NCBI RefSeq assembly: GCF_002571385.2
Contig: NW_019217799.1
Span: forward strand, 825,675-889,674
DNA: 64,000 nt
Direction of reading: 5' to 3'
DNA from: Stylophora pistillata
Taxonomy: Eukaryota
A program made the position numbers and the translations under genes. The notes under the pieces are model-generated. The model did not search any database and had not been told where the DNA came from. It saw only the letters and a list, made by a program, of their open reading frames with translations. Positions 25,364-37,443 of the stretch are shown here, piece by piece (within the stretch, counting starts at the first letter, position 1; the number at the start of each line of letters is the position of its first letter).

Positions 25364-28300
25364 TCACTGGCAAGATTCCTCGAGAAGAGCACTGTGAGAC
25401 CTCTTCTTCATTCGCACGAGCTTAGTCAAAGCTGCATTCCAAGGAGTGGTTGGCAGTTTAATCCGATCAGACAAATGTATCTGTGACAAGCTTTTCCTCA
25501 GAAATGTCAGAATTTCGCGATATCGAGACTGCGTTCTGCGAAGACACATCTGAAAGGCGTACAAACAAAGCCACGTGACTTCGTGCTCGTCCAATGAGAA
25601 CGCACTTTCATTTGGAGACAGCTGGAGGCACTTACGAGCACTGGTTGAGTAGAAATACTGCGCCAAATCCAGAATCATTCGGGCAAAAAAAGATGGGTTA
25701 TCCTTTGGTTTGCTACCTGTAACAATAGAACGGAACTAAAATGCCGAACTGACTCAACTTATATTTATGGATACCTTATGGAAACCCCTTTTACCACATA
25801 CTACACTTATTAGAGACTCAAGATGAAATTTTAAATGCTCTTTAGTTACACCTATCGGGCTAAATAATCGCGAAGAATCAAAGAATTATCTCCTCCACCT
25901 TTTCAACAACATTGTATTTCCACGCATCAAGTTTTCTTTTTTGAAAGAACGAGTTTTCATTACAAACGGAAATTAAAGTGCATTAGAAAAGAAACGTCAA
26001 CTTTGTTTGAACTAGATGAATTTAATCAAATATAACGAGGTCGCCATATCTCTAATAAACAGTCCTTGATTAGAAAAATCTGAAACTGGCCGTACAAAAA
26101 TAGACACCTCGGAACACAGGCAGCCCAAGCTCACTACTAGAAAAGCGGACGTAACTCTTAACGTGTTGCGCAACGTTTTATATTTAGAAAGGTTTGTATG
26201 GGATGTTATCGGTTTGCCTTAAAAGAGAGAAAAAAATGTCTTGTTTTGAAACAAAATGGGCTTACCTTATTGCTTTGTTGTTTTCTTTGTTTATTCCGAG
26301 CGTCTCAGGCCATTTTGAAGCGTTTTCGGCGAGTTAGCGCTATGTTGGTGTTCAACTGCTAACTTCTTTCTTTTAGCACTTGAACACCAACATAGCGCTA
26401 ACCCGCCGAAAACGCTTCAAAATGGCCTGAGACGCTCGGAATCAACAAAGAAAACAACAAAGCAATAAGGTAGGCCCATTTTATTTCAAAACAAGACATT
26501 TTTTTCTCTCTTTTAAGGCAAACCGATAACATCCCATACAAACCTTTATAAATATAAAACGTTGCGCAACACGGTAAGATTCACGTCCGCTTTTCTTGTA
26601 GTGAGCTTGGGCTGCCTGTGCCCGGAATTTTAATCACTGCACTATTTATAGTTTAAAATTTTGAGGGGAAGTACCCCAAAGTGAACATCGGAAATATTAT
26701 AAGGTCAAATATCCCGACATCAATTTTCTAAACTTTTTATTTAAAGAAACAATAAGAATGAGTTCCTTGCTTCCCTGCTTTAAGCTGTGAAAACAACTTA
26801 AACCTGAAAACGGAAACGTACTCACATAATTGACCATAAGGGAGATATTTGTCCGGTCAAGGAACCACAAGAATAGGTTTCTGTCTTGTCTTATTACCGT
26901 GAGTGAAAGCCATTCACAATTAAGATCAGACCCAATATCTGAAGGGTACTAAAGCCTCTGAGATCTCGCTCATCGTAATGTTGGTAACCATATAGAGTTC
27001 CGGAAGCTGTTACTTTGACGTTCGTTATCGCTTTAGAAAGAAATTTGCGTCAAAGAACTCTTGAATAATATTTTGTCTTTCTGTGCCCAGCCGCATAAAT
27101 ACAAATTTGTTTTTATCACCCATATGCTGTTTCTCAAGTTTCTCTCTCGATTTAAAAGCCATTGTGGATAATTAATAGAACGTCTTTTGTGACAAATATT
27201 CAACGAACATTCAGTTTATGCGACCGCAATTCTACCAAAACACAGGGAACACTTTTTCTTTTAAAATCCATTCTTTGGCGAAGGTACTTTTAATAACCGC
27301 TTGAAAAAAAATCGACATAGTGTTCGTATCTGCAAAACCCACTTTATTCTCGGCAACCTCAGGCATACTGTTACAACACTTCCAAATAATTCAGTTTAAT
27401 TTATGACGAATATCTCACGGATGCAAGTCACCAGAGGGCCGTCTTCACTTCCCAACAGGAAAATGGAAAACAAACACATGGTCGAATCGACAGAGGGAAA
27501 TTCGAACATTTTCTTTCACAAAAAAGATAAACGTAGAAAGATAATTTTTCCGAACATCAAGCAAAATGTTTCATAATTATTCACCAACTGCTGATGGGTT
27601 GGTGTAACTCATTTTGTCCAGACAAAGAGGCAAAAAAAAAAAGAAGGAAACTATAAACAATAGGATAAAACGCGAGAGAGTTTTTGCTCTTAAAACATAA
27701 TAACAACTTGCAGTTTTTCCAACCGTCCTTAAAAAAAAAGGAAAATTTCGCATCAATGGAGAAAACAGTTTTGGCAAATTAAGTGGGTTTGATTGATTTT
27801 AGATGTATAAGAACAGTGAAGCCATTAGCAACTTTTCAGTTGTCCATCATCAGTAAATGACGGTCTCAATTTTCTGTGATGGAAAATGCATCATCATCAA
27901 ACTCAACATCAACATCGGACTCAATGACTCAGCGCATCTGGTTCCTCCGTCAGTTTGATATCCGAGCAAGCCAAATGCTGGATACACAGCCAAGTTAACT
28001 TCAACTTGCAGACAGATTTCTGGGAGCTGCGTTTTTTTTTTTTTTCTAACTTCTAAATTGGAAGGCAGTCATGTTTATGTCACGGGTTTTAAGCTAACGC
28101 CTGCAATCTAACTAACGCATTTTAATCGGGGACGAATTGAATTCGAGATATCAGGCTACAAAAGAGGATAAGCTCCACATAAGGACTTCCTCTTCACGTT
28201 ATTGAGGCAATATACATTTACTGTCAAGGACACAGGTGTCGATAATAATAATCACATCTCAAAATTGAATCAATTGATTTACAAAGTGCAATCAAATCAA

Positions 28301-31300
28301 TATTTAGAATATTGTGACAATCTGCAAGAAAAAACGAACTTTCCATTGGTGAAAGAAGTGTACTTTTTCACACCTAATCCCCATAAAATTTTCATTCTCG
28401 ACGGTCCTAACGTTATAATACACGGTGTCTAGACAACACCCCTCTAACAACAACGAGAGTACATTGAATTTACTCGCGTCGTTATTGCAAAGAAATGATT
28501 ATTGCTGCCTGAAAATCGAATTTAATTTTAATTTTGTTCCTATTTAATCACTCTGTGAAAGCAACCCATCTCTTTATTTGTATAACAGCCTGAGGTAATA
28601 TTCGAGTATTGATCGTCAAAATTTTCCGGAGACCTGCTTTGTTCACTCAAAGTCAGAATTGTGCGCCAAATTAAGTCCCACTTACCTCTGTGGTCCATTT
28701 AGAATTTTCTTTCCCGCAAATACCAATAACAATTAAAAACATATTTCCTGCCTACCTTTCATTTACAACATCCTTTTGAAAGAAAACTAGTTTAATTAAT
28801 TGCGCTTGTTGCTTGATGGCATCTGCAACTGCAGAGAATTCAGGCCCCGCAAAACGAAAGATTACAGAAGTCATGACTATTTCACTCTCAAGGTCTCAAA
28901 ATATTTTCTCCTCGCTGTCTAACAAACATTTCATATAATTGTAGCTCTGTGAATTTAGTTTTCAATCAAGTGATATCAAAAAATTGATCTGTTTGTTTCT
29001 TCGCGTCACCTTATTGCTCGACATTGCGTTAATAAAGCTACGAGAAATTATTTATTGATCAGTCCTTGGAATGAAAGGAATAAGGTTTCCCCAAACAGTA
29101 CCCCGAAGAAAAAAAGGTTTTATTAGCTAAATTAAAGGCGACAAAATCTTTTCTCCGAAACCAATCAGCGCGCGTTCTACGATTCGTTAAAATTTTCTGA
29201 AAATAAAAAGGCTAAGAATTCACCTCGTGGTAGCTCTTTGACGTAAGTGTGGAACTTGTACGCTGTTAACAGGAACACATGGAACACGTTCAACAGGGTG
29301 TTCTCGCGCGTGTTCATATTTGGGTCCAGGAGCAATGGATGGCACTTTGGGCGTACGGAGTACCGGAGCTTCTTACTAAGGGCTTCACCAGGATGTGCAT
29401 CCAGGGACACAGTCAACGAGTCCCTTAAGAGGGACCCTAGGAAAGCAAGTTGCAGTTTAGTGCAGTAAATATGTTTACCCGCCACACTCAATAAATTTTT
29501 GCCTTTTTCAATTTTCAGTTTAACTTCGTTCCTCGGCTTTCAAACTTTTTTTTTCAAGTGTTGTATTTTCCTGTCTTTGTTGTTAAAGCTCATTTTGATT
29601 ACAAGCTAAGAGGTTATTAGGGTAAATAAACAGCTGGTACTGTCGGAGCAAGGTGTTCTGTCGCACTTTTTAATACTACGAATCGCCTCACTTTGTTATA
29701 AAAAAAATGTCGCAGTTTGTAATAAAAAGGCTGTCGCGCTTTTTAATATCACACCATCGCAGTTTCTGATAAGTTAAGCTGTCGCACTTTGTAATAAACT
29801 TGATATAGATGGTCGGAGGGCGAGTAGATCCAATAATAAACATCATCCTTGTCACTGACCAGACAATTATTATGACAATAACGATAATCAAAGTAATAAT
29901 AATAATAATAATAATTACAATTATGATAATGATTGAGATGGTAACAGCAGAACTCGAAATTAACGCTCGCAAACTCGCAAAGTGCGAGTGACTTTGAGAA
30001 TCTGCGAATGAGAAAAAGATCCACTAGCAAATGTTTGCGATTAGATAGGCGGTAGCTGTCAGGACAACGAGATAGGAGACCAAATACTTCATACCTTTTT
30101 TTATTAAACTTTTCAGCTCATTGAAAGACTGTGCGAAATATGAATCATAATCTTTATATCAGATATGGTCATTGAAATTTCTAATTTAAGAATTTGCTAG
30201 TGCTCTCACCAGTTTGCCAATGGAAAAAAAATCTGACTCGCAAAATTTTGTAGGTGGACCAACAAGTTAGCTTCGAGCCCTGAACAGTGACAGTGATAGA
30301 GATATTGACGAGAACCAAAATGTGTATGATACATTGTCCGGTTTTGCTTAGCGTTCGCCAAAACCATAACATATTAAGCTCAAAATAACACTTTGACAAA
30401 ACAAATAGAGAAGCCTTGACTGTACTCTGTTCTCTTGTAAAGCACTTTGGGAGCGGCTAGAGCACTCGAGAAGTGGGGAGAAATACTCCACTACGTCTCT
30501 TGTTTCTCCCTATGCTCGGTTTACAACAGAACAGACCACAGTCAAGGCTTCTCTCTTTGTTAAATCAACTTCACTTCACATAAAGGAAAAGGGATTAAGA
30601 GAACAATGAATCTTCCACTAAAACTTACCTGTATACCGGGACAAGTCCGGTGAAACTTCAAGTGTGACTGTATCCAAAAGAAAGCCGCACCAAGGAAAAC
30701 GATCGCTCACTCCAATCCTTGTCACCTTGTGGCCATCAGCTGTGACTGCAGTATAGTTGGTCAGCGTTTTGTCATGATTAATGACACACCCATACTCAGG
30801 AATACCAGCACGCATTGTATTCAGGAACTTGTCAGCCAGCCGACGGTGTGGAGTGACAAACAGAAAGTCGTCCACCCATCTTAGCAGGAGGGAGTCTGTA
30901 TCCTGGGCTATTTCAGACAGGTGGGTCCTCTCCATCTGACTATAATAGTAACCGCAAAGCATTGTGGATAGGATGGAACCTTGTGCGATTCCTACATGAA
31001 GGAGAAAATCATATAAGGTAAGAATTCAAAGTGATGCTGGTAACATTTACGGAGAAGCGAATGGTTTTGAGACCTTTTGCTGTTTGTTACCAAATCAATA
31101 GGGCTGCATGATTTCCGCGCATCTTACGTGACCTGGCTTACAGCATTGCTCTACCTCTTAACAAGAAAAGTATCTAACAAAGAGAGGGGGGTTCATGGGC
31201 ATCTTGGACCTTCCAGGGCCCTCTCCCTTCCTCCGCCCTGATCAGAGGCACTGAGAGTAAAGAACCTTGGTCAAGAACACAACACATTCGTGAATGACCC

Positions 31301-34300
31301 GGCCACCGCTCGGACATGGTTGCCTCGCTGATTTGGATCTCAGCGGGCGAACCATTAAGCCACTGCGCCTGCGCCAGCTAACTATTATGTGTTCTGTTGC
31401 ACTATGTAATACTTTATAATGACAGTTGACAAAAATAGCTGTCGCATCTTGCGGTAATTTCAGACCATCGCACTTCATAATTGTAAGCTGTCGTGCCTTG
31501 TAATAACAGTTGTCGCTCTTTGTAATATTTTTGTTTTCTGTTATTGCATAGAACGACAGCTTTTTCGGAGTGCGACAATTTTACCACAAAGTGCGAAAGG
31601 TATTACAAAGTGTGACGATTGTTGCAAAATGCGACAGAACATGATGATGACCGTTTTTTAACTCGAAGGCGCTGATACCCAAACACAATACAGTGACCTC
31701 AACACTTGTGCACGTGGGCACACTGTTCCCTTCTTGGATAATCTCACAGTCATTCTTAATTCTAGGGTTCCTAAAAAAGATATTATTAGATCAGAAGATT
31801 ACCCCCGCATAATTCACCTACCCCCCTCTGCTGGTAATATTTGTTACCCCCGCATAATTCACCTACCCCTCTTCTGCTGGTAATATTTGTTACCCCCCGC
31901 ATAATTCACCTACCCCTCTTCTGCTGGTAATATTTGTTACCAATCTTGACGAAGTTATTAAATATATGTTCTTCCAATAATTTAATCAACTTGTCGCGGT
32001 CCTCTGTTGCATACCAAACGTTATCCACAACGACCACTTGCCTCAGTTTCCACTCGACCACAAGTGAGCGAAAGAAATCTGGGAACAGACGGCAATCATC
32101 TGCGGTACTGACGTCCTTAGAAAACTCTCTGCAATTTTAAAGACAGCAATTTTAAGCACATCGCTACTGGAGACTGTCTAATATTTATTTATTCTGAAAG
32201 TGAAAACGCGACTCCACGTTGTTCAGCAAGAAATACTAACGTTCCTATTAACCCTCTCCGCCCTAAAATCAGAATGCATATTCTCCACACAGTTCTCGAT
32301 ACATCTCCTAAAATGCTGAAAAGGAGAATTTGTAGAACAATCAAGAGCTTCTTTAGTTGGTGATCATCTCCTTTATTGTTAATGACCTTAATGTTTATTC
32401 AAATGTGATATTTTAAAGAAAAATTAGACTCTTGTGACCCTTAGGGGTCAGAGTTTGAGAGGATGCGCTTGGCTTCATGACTACCTTGAGGAACCAGGGT
32501 TTACCCCAAAGCGCGGCTTTACGGGGTTTCCGAACGATGAATTTGAATATATGAAAATCATATACGTGTACTCTTTATTCCGCGACCGAACACTGAGGCC
32601 CTAAAGAAAAGCTTTAGTTATAGGGGCGCAGTAACATGGAACAGCCTGTCAGCTGAGGCTTATATTAGCTGGCCACAACTTTGAAATGTTTTTATTCCGC
32701 TATTGTACATTAAGTTTCTTCTGTCTAGGATTTTATTATAGGTTAATACATTGTACATTAAGATTCTTCTATCTAAGTATTTATTATAGGTTAATTTTTA
32801 AGTCTTAGTTTAATGTGCACGGCTCTTTTGAAGACCACTTATTAGTGATAAGGATTCCGTGGCTAAATAAAGATTGATTGATTGATTGATTGATACTGCG
32901 GTTTCATAAAATGTATGAAAGCGTTCCGCGGAGTAATGAACCATACTTCTGTAGTAGTGGAAATAAGGCCTGAAAAAAAATCAGGATTTCCAAAGTTTGA
33001 AAACAAGCATAAAACTAATCTAAGCGTCAAACGGGGAGCAAATAATTGCGCCCAAGGATAAGTAGTATTGCAAGTTTCTGTTTTTCGAAATGAAGTACTC
33101 GAAAGCATAACTGACAACAAGATTGATGTAACAAGTCGTAGATAAAACTCACTTCGAACTTTATAACCTCTCACTGTTTCCATTGCCCATCTACTTTTCG
33201 TTTTCTCTTTGATTACATATGAATAAGTTCAAAAAACCTTTAAGGACACTCCATTCCATAGGCCTCCTTTCTTGAAAAAGGTCCCAAAAATTAATATAAA
33301 AAAGGGCCCTCTTTGCCAAATTCCTAGAATAAACCCTTAGGAACTCCGCAGGTTAAGAGCCGATCTTATCACTATCACATGCACTAAATCTCAAAGCTTT
33401 GTCGAGGTTTACTGTATGCGGTGTTGGGTGAACAATACATAATTTTAAACTAAAAAAAATAGATTCCAATCGTGCTTGTAAACAAACGACACTCACAAAG
33501 TATCTTTTTTTTTAAATCATTATAAGATTGTCTACGGTATTCACCGGTATCAGTTTATTCCTGGCCCCCTTAAAGCACTTATACATAAAGACAGCCAGGT
33601 GAAGAATTAGTCATAATCGATTGGGGTGGGGGGAAATTCGTGAAATGTGGATCTACACCTTCCTCACCTGTATACCTTTCCACCAGACATGCGCAACAAA
33701 GCAAACCGTCGAATGAGGTATTCCTCCTCCTCCAGCACTTCCTTCATGATGTCAAAAAGTTTCTGATGGAGGATAGACTCGTAGCAATGGCTTACGTCAA
33801 CGTGTACAAAGTACAGCGGTTTCCCCTCCAAACGAGTGCGTGAGCGAGTGGAAAACGGCTTTAGTGCCCGGTAAAGATCATCAGTCCCAAACAATGTAGT
33901 GCCCATCTTTTCTGGGTTGCGCTCTTTCTCGAACTTAACAACTTCAAACAAATTCTTCAGTTTTGAATTCACTGACAGCTCCTTGCTTGTAGGACAGTGA
34001 CGCATGTTGGTAATAGGGCGGACAGTTGACGTCTTCGGCAAAAACCTAAGCAGAGAGAACCCCAGTGAATTTTGCGCGCGAAGTAGGTTCTCTGCTGTTG
34101 CGGTTTTCAACGGCTTGAAGAATTCATCACAAAATGTACGAAGACTAAACTGTTGGATCGTTTCCCAGATAGGCTTTCTATAATAAAAAACCCTCTGACG
34201 GTGAATGCCAGTCTCTGTGATGTAGAAGAAGGTTTTCAGCACAGTCATAAGATAACTGTTCACCAACCACCACATGAACTGCGCTAAAAGTTCCAACTGC

Positions 34301-37280
34301 TTCACAGAGTCAGACAATGCAACGCGCTTTCCACTTCCGCTCTTCCTCAATTGAAGCCACTTGCAGCTAGAAACCTTGATTCCTGACATCATCTGAGCAA
34401 GAGAGAACTTTTCCGCTCGATAGAGGCGGATGAACTTCCCCAGATTTCGAAAGAATGTTTCTTTGTTTCCTGGAGACCCCCAAATTTCTTTTGGAACTAC
34501 TTTCTTACATATACCCTTCAGGAAGCCAACCACCTGAAACAAATAAATCATGAGATTCAGAGTTGGTCGTCGAGGAATGGAGATTTATCATTTTTCGAGC
34601 TAAGTTCTCACTGCATTATTATACACCGAGGGAAAAGTTTCTTAGCAAAGAAACTTTAGTAACATAACACGAAATTCCGTCGAGGCGTTTCTCTCAACGC
34701 AGTGGAATACTATCGGATAATTTTCGCGTCGTATTTAAGTCCCGACACGTTGCTCTTCCTGTCGAACCTATCAAATTTGAAAATTTATTCAAAACATTGC
34801 GAACATCCAGATATTTAAATGTCACAAAATTTCTGATACAGGGGGCTTGGCCGTGTCACAGTGGATGAAAGCTGCATTGACACATCATCTCGTGCGATAA
34901 AAGAATATTTATGAAATCTCTGCAGCAGATTTTGTCAAAATGATACCTCGCACGAATTCAAAACTGATTTGAATTCGTACCAACATTCTGTTGCATGGAC
35001 TAAGATTTTCACGAAATTCGTCTTTCCGCATGCAGCGATTTGTCGCCTGGACCTACACCCTCTCGTTACAGAGCAGTAAACACGGGGCGGATCTCTGCGC
35101 ACAACAGTCGCTGTGACTTGTCACCCATCGTGTCCTGCCTAATAACGTAAAGCAAGTTCAGACTTTCATAGTGTAAAATCTACCTGATGATGTTCTGTAA
35201 ACATACTAACAGCTCGACGATACCTCACTACGTCAACCTTTACTTTTCTCTGGGCGCGACGCTTCCTTTGAGTAGACTTCGCCCGACTCTTTAGACATAG
35301 CTTGTGATAAACCATCTTTACACCAAAAGGAATTCTTTCCAGCATCCTTTTCTTTTTTCCACTTTTGATCACCGGTCTTCCAAAATCGTAACGGCAATAC
35401 AGCTTTACCAAGGTTCTGAATGGACACTTGTGGTGCCTTGCCAGGAACTTGTGTAACATTGGCACTATAGTCTTCAGCCTCTTTGGCAGACGAAAAGGCT
35501 TCTGTTTCCTCCGTGGGGTAAGCTTCAGAGTATTAGACCCATCAGGTTTTTCAACAGCTGCCTGATTCACGATGTTGACATTTGGCTCTTTTCTTTCATC
35601 TTTCTTCATCCCTCCCCGATCGCCACAGGCGCCTAAAAACGTACCTTGCAGAAAAATATGTTGAGCCAGCTTGCGCGCTCCAGCCATACTCACAGGTAAT
35701 GACTCCACAATATGGTTCTTTGGGAACGTTTGGGAAAGATTCGAGGTATAAAACATTTTTGAGCGAGGTATTAACATCTCGTTCAAACAGATACTCTTTC
35801 TGTTTTTCTTCAAACTTGAGCTTCCTCTGCTGTCATCGATCTGCTGTTTACTTGCCTCTTTAAGCTGGCTGTTACTCTGAGCAGTCCCCTTTTGTTTTCC
35901 TTTCCCTGCAAGTTCACTTCGTCAAGTAGACTTGGGAAGAAACTTGATCAGATATTTCCACGGTTTACTTCCACCCGTCGCTTCATTCTTCTCGTTCTCG
36001 ACCCTCACTGCAATAGAAACAGATTTCTTTCTTTTCAAAGTTTGAACATGTGTTTGTTCCTCAACACCGACAGGCTGTGGGAAAACCAGACCACCCTGAT
36101 ACTTCAATCTCGGCTCCTTTGGTTGTTCTCGAGAGGTTTTGCTGATAACGCTACCCTGAGTTTCAGATGAATCTACAAGGTCAGTGGTATTTGACATTAC
36201 TACATCGGAAAATTCTTTCCCAACTTTAGCCTGATCTGCATCAGCAACTGTAACAGCTGTCGCACTCTCCAAGAATGACTTTGCTGTAATTTCAACATTG
36301 ATCAGACCGTCTTCCGACAACAAGGGCGAGGTACTTTTGAGGACGTTAGAATTTGTGCTTGACTGCTTTTTAGATGGATTTGGATTATCTCTTGAAACAT
36401 CATCGCTGTCCAAACTGTCACGCTTTCGTTTTCCACTGCTCTGGGGTACTTCAGCGAGATGAGTAACAACACTGCTACTGTTTGCGTTCATTTGGACAGG
36501 AGCTCTTGAGAATACAGGCGGGTGATCCGTAGTTGAAATTGCATCAGCTAATTCAGAGCAGTTTACTTTGGCTCTGACATTTTCACGATATCTCCGAGCT
36601 CGCTTGCCACCTCTTCTCGATTTTCGATTTAATATCGCATTCAAAGTACCTCTATCTTCTACTGTTTCTTCTGCTTTTTTTACGGGAAGTGGAGTGAACA
36701 CATCTGCTGATGTCATTCTACTCAATCGCGTTATGGGATAACCAGCGACTTGGAAATAACACGAGTTCACCTTGGCAAATATGGACAAATTTTGTAACAA
36801 ATGGATCATCAAGTCGTCTCCTATACGCTCGTGAAGCAGCTTCCAGGCTCTCGCTGTTCGCAAATAACTTACAACAGTGTTGGGATAGCTGTTCTGGATT
36901 CCAACCGTCCCAGCCACTATTCCCTTCTTTCCATATCCAGTCAACGACTCAAAGCCGTATGCTAAAACATTTGTCTTGTTCCCACGGCAAAAGTGTTCAA
37001 TAACTCTAACAGTTATTTCCTTAAGGGTAAACCATTGTGTTTTACTTGGCTTAAATGGCGGCGTGACTGGCTGATCCCGCGGAACCGCGATCAAAGTCGT
37101 TTTCAGAAGAAGTCGATACTCGTCAGGATCGCCATCTTGGATGAGCTTGAGAGCTTTATCTTGTTGGACCTCACGTATATAGCGAATCAACACAAAATGC
37201 TTAGCGTAAAACGATCCAATAATCTGTGGGATTTTGCAAATTTGGATTTTATTCCTCTTCTTTGCCTGTTTGGTCGCCAT
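25364..37280 (-). CDS. TERT: Telomerase reverse transcriptase (6 exons; in-frame TGA at 35924-35922 in exon 1)
   Basis: Exons 37280-35184, 34533-33668, 32128-31914, 30991-30629, 29436-29224 and 25716-25364 are phase-consistent GT-AG (4107 nt). TEN/GQ: NVLAYGF, WKLLHERIGDDLMIHLL, YFQVAG. CP: RHHKCPF. QFP: QVVGFL..VVPKEIWG. T motif: FFYITE. RT motifs: 1 LRFLPK, 2 RPI, A FVHVDVSHCYESI, B' QKRGIAQGSILS, C LRWVDDFL, D GIPEYG..INHDKT, E FPWCG, followed by the CTE. Confidence 0.96.
26115..26620. mobile_element. Foldback non-autonomous DNA transposon (P-element-like ends) in TERT last intron
   Basis: Near-perfect inverted arms of about 245 bp, starting CACAGGCAGCCC and ending GGGCTGCCTGTG, with a loop of about 10 nt. 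Flanks CTCGGAA / CCCGGAA form a 7-bp TSD with one mismatch. CANRG termini with 7-8 bp TSDs are typical of the P superfamily. Confidence 0.85.
30401..30560. mobile_element. Palindromic MITE in TERT intron 4
   Basis: Inverted ends ACAAATAGAGAAGCCTTGACTGT / ACAGTCAAGGCTTCTCTCTTTGT. Confidence 0.7.
31390..31641. mobile_element. MITE with internal TGTCGCAC-type short repeats
   Basis: Inverted ends TGTTCTGTTGCA / TGCGACAGAACA. A related partial copy lies at about 29653-29800. Confidence 0.55.
31799..31941. repeat. G-rich (sense strand) minisatellite, 3 x 45-47 bp, spanning the TERT exon 3 donor
   Basis: Plus-strand units TTACCCCC(C)GCATAATTCACCTACCCC(TCT/CC)TCTGCTGGTAATATTTG at 31799-31843, 31844-31889 and 31890-31936. 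Confidence 0.95.
32571..32893 (+). mobile_element. 5'-truncated CR1/L2-group LINE 3' end nested in a SINE, antisense in TERT intron 2
   Basis: Translates to LFIPRPNTEALKKSFSYRGAVTWNSLSAE (typical ORF2 C-terminus). The 3'UTR has a 48-bp tandem duplication, AATAAA and an (ATTG)n tail. It interrupts the host repeat ATATGAAAATCATATACGTGTA|CTGCGG. Confidence 0.7.
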
Positions 37281-37443
37281 CACATATGCATGAGGCTTCA
37301 CTTTTCCCGCCGCGATAATATATTCTTCTACTGGAACCGCTGACTACATTGTATGCTGTAATATGCCGTGACTCGTCAGTGCTCGACCCGTGACCAGTCC
37401 TCACCAGTCGCCTGTCAGTGAAATATTTATTGAAGCAATCAAA
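37281..37443. promoter_or_regulatory. Putative bidirectional promoter between TERT and MANBA
   Basis: 163 bp between divergent ATGs (37280 on -, 37444 on +), CpG-rich. E2F consensus TTTCCCGC at 37303-37310; partial ACTACA motif at 37343-37348. Confidence 0.65.

Noticed and set aside
29688-30030. Hydrophobic poly-Ile ORFs
   Set aside because: Derived from an (AAT)n microsatellite in TERT intron 4.
31799-31941. CRISPR-like array
   Set aside because: Head-to-tail units without unique spacers, in a eukaryotic intron, with no cas genes.
37281-37301. ORF-track TERT start at 37301
   Set aside because: It is a GTG. The first in-frame ATG with good context (GTG ATG G) is at 37280.
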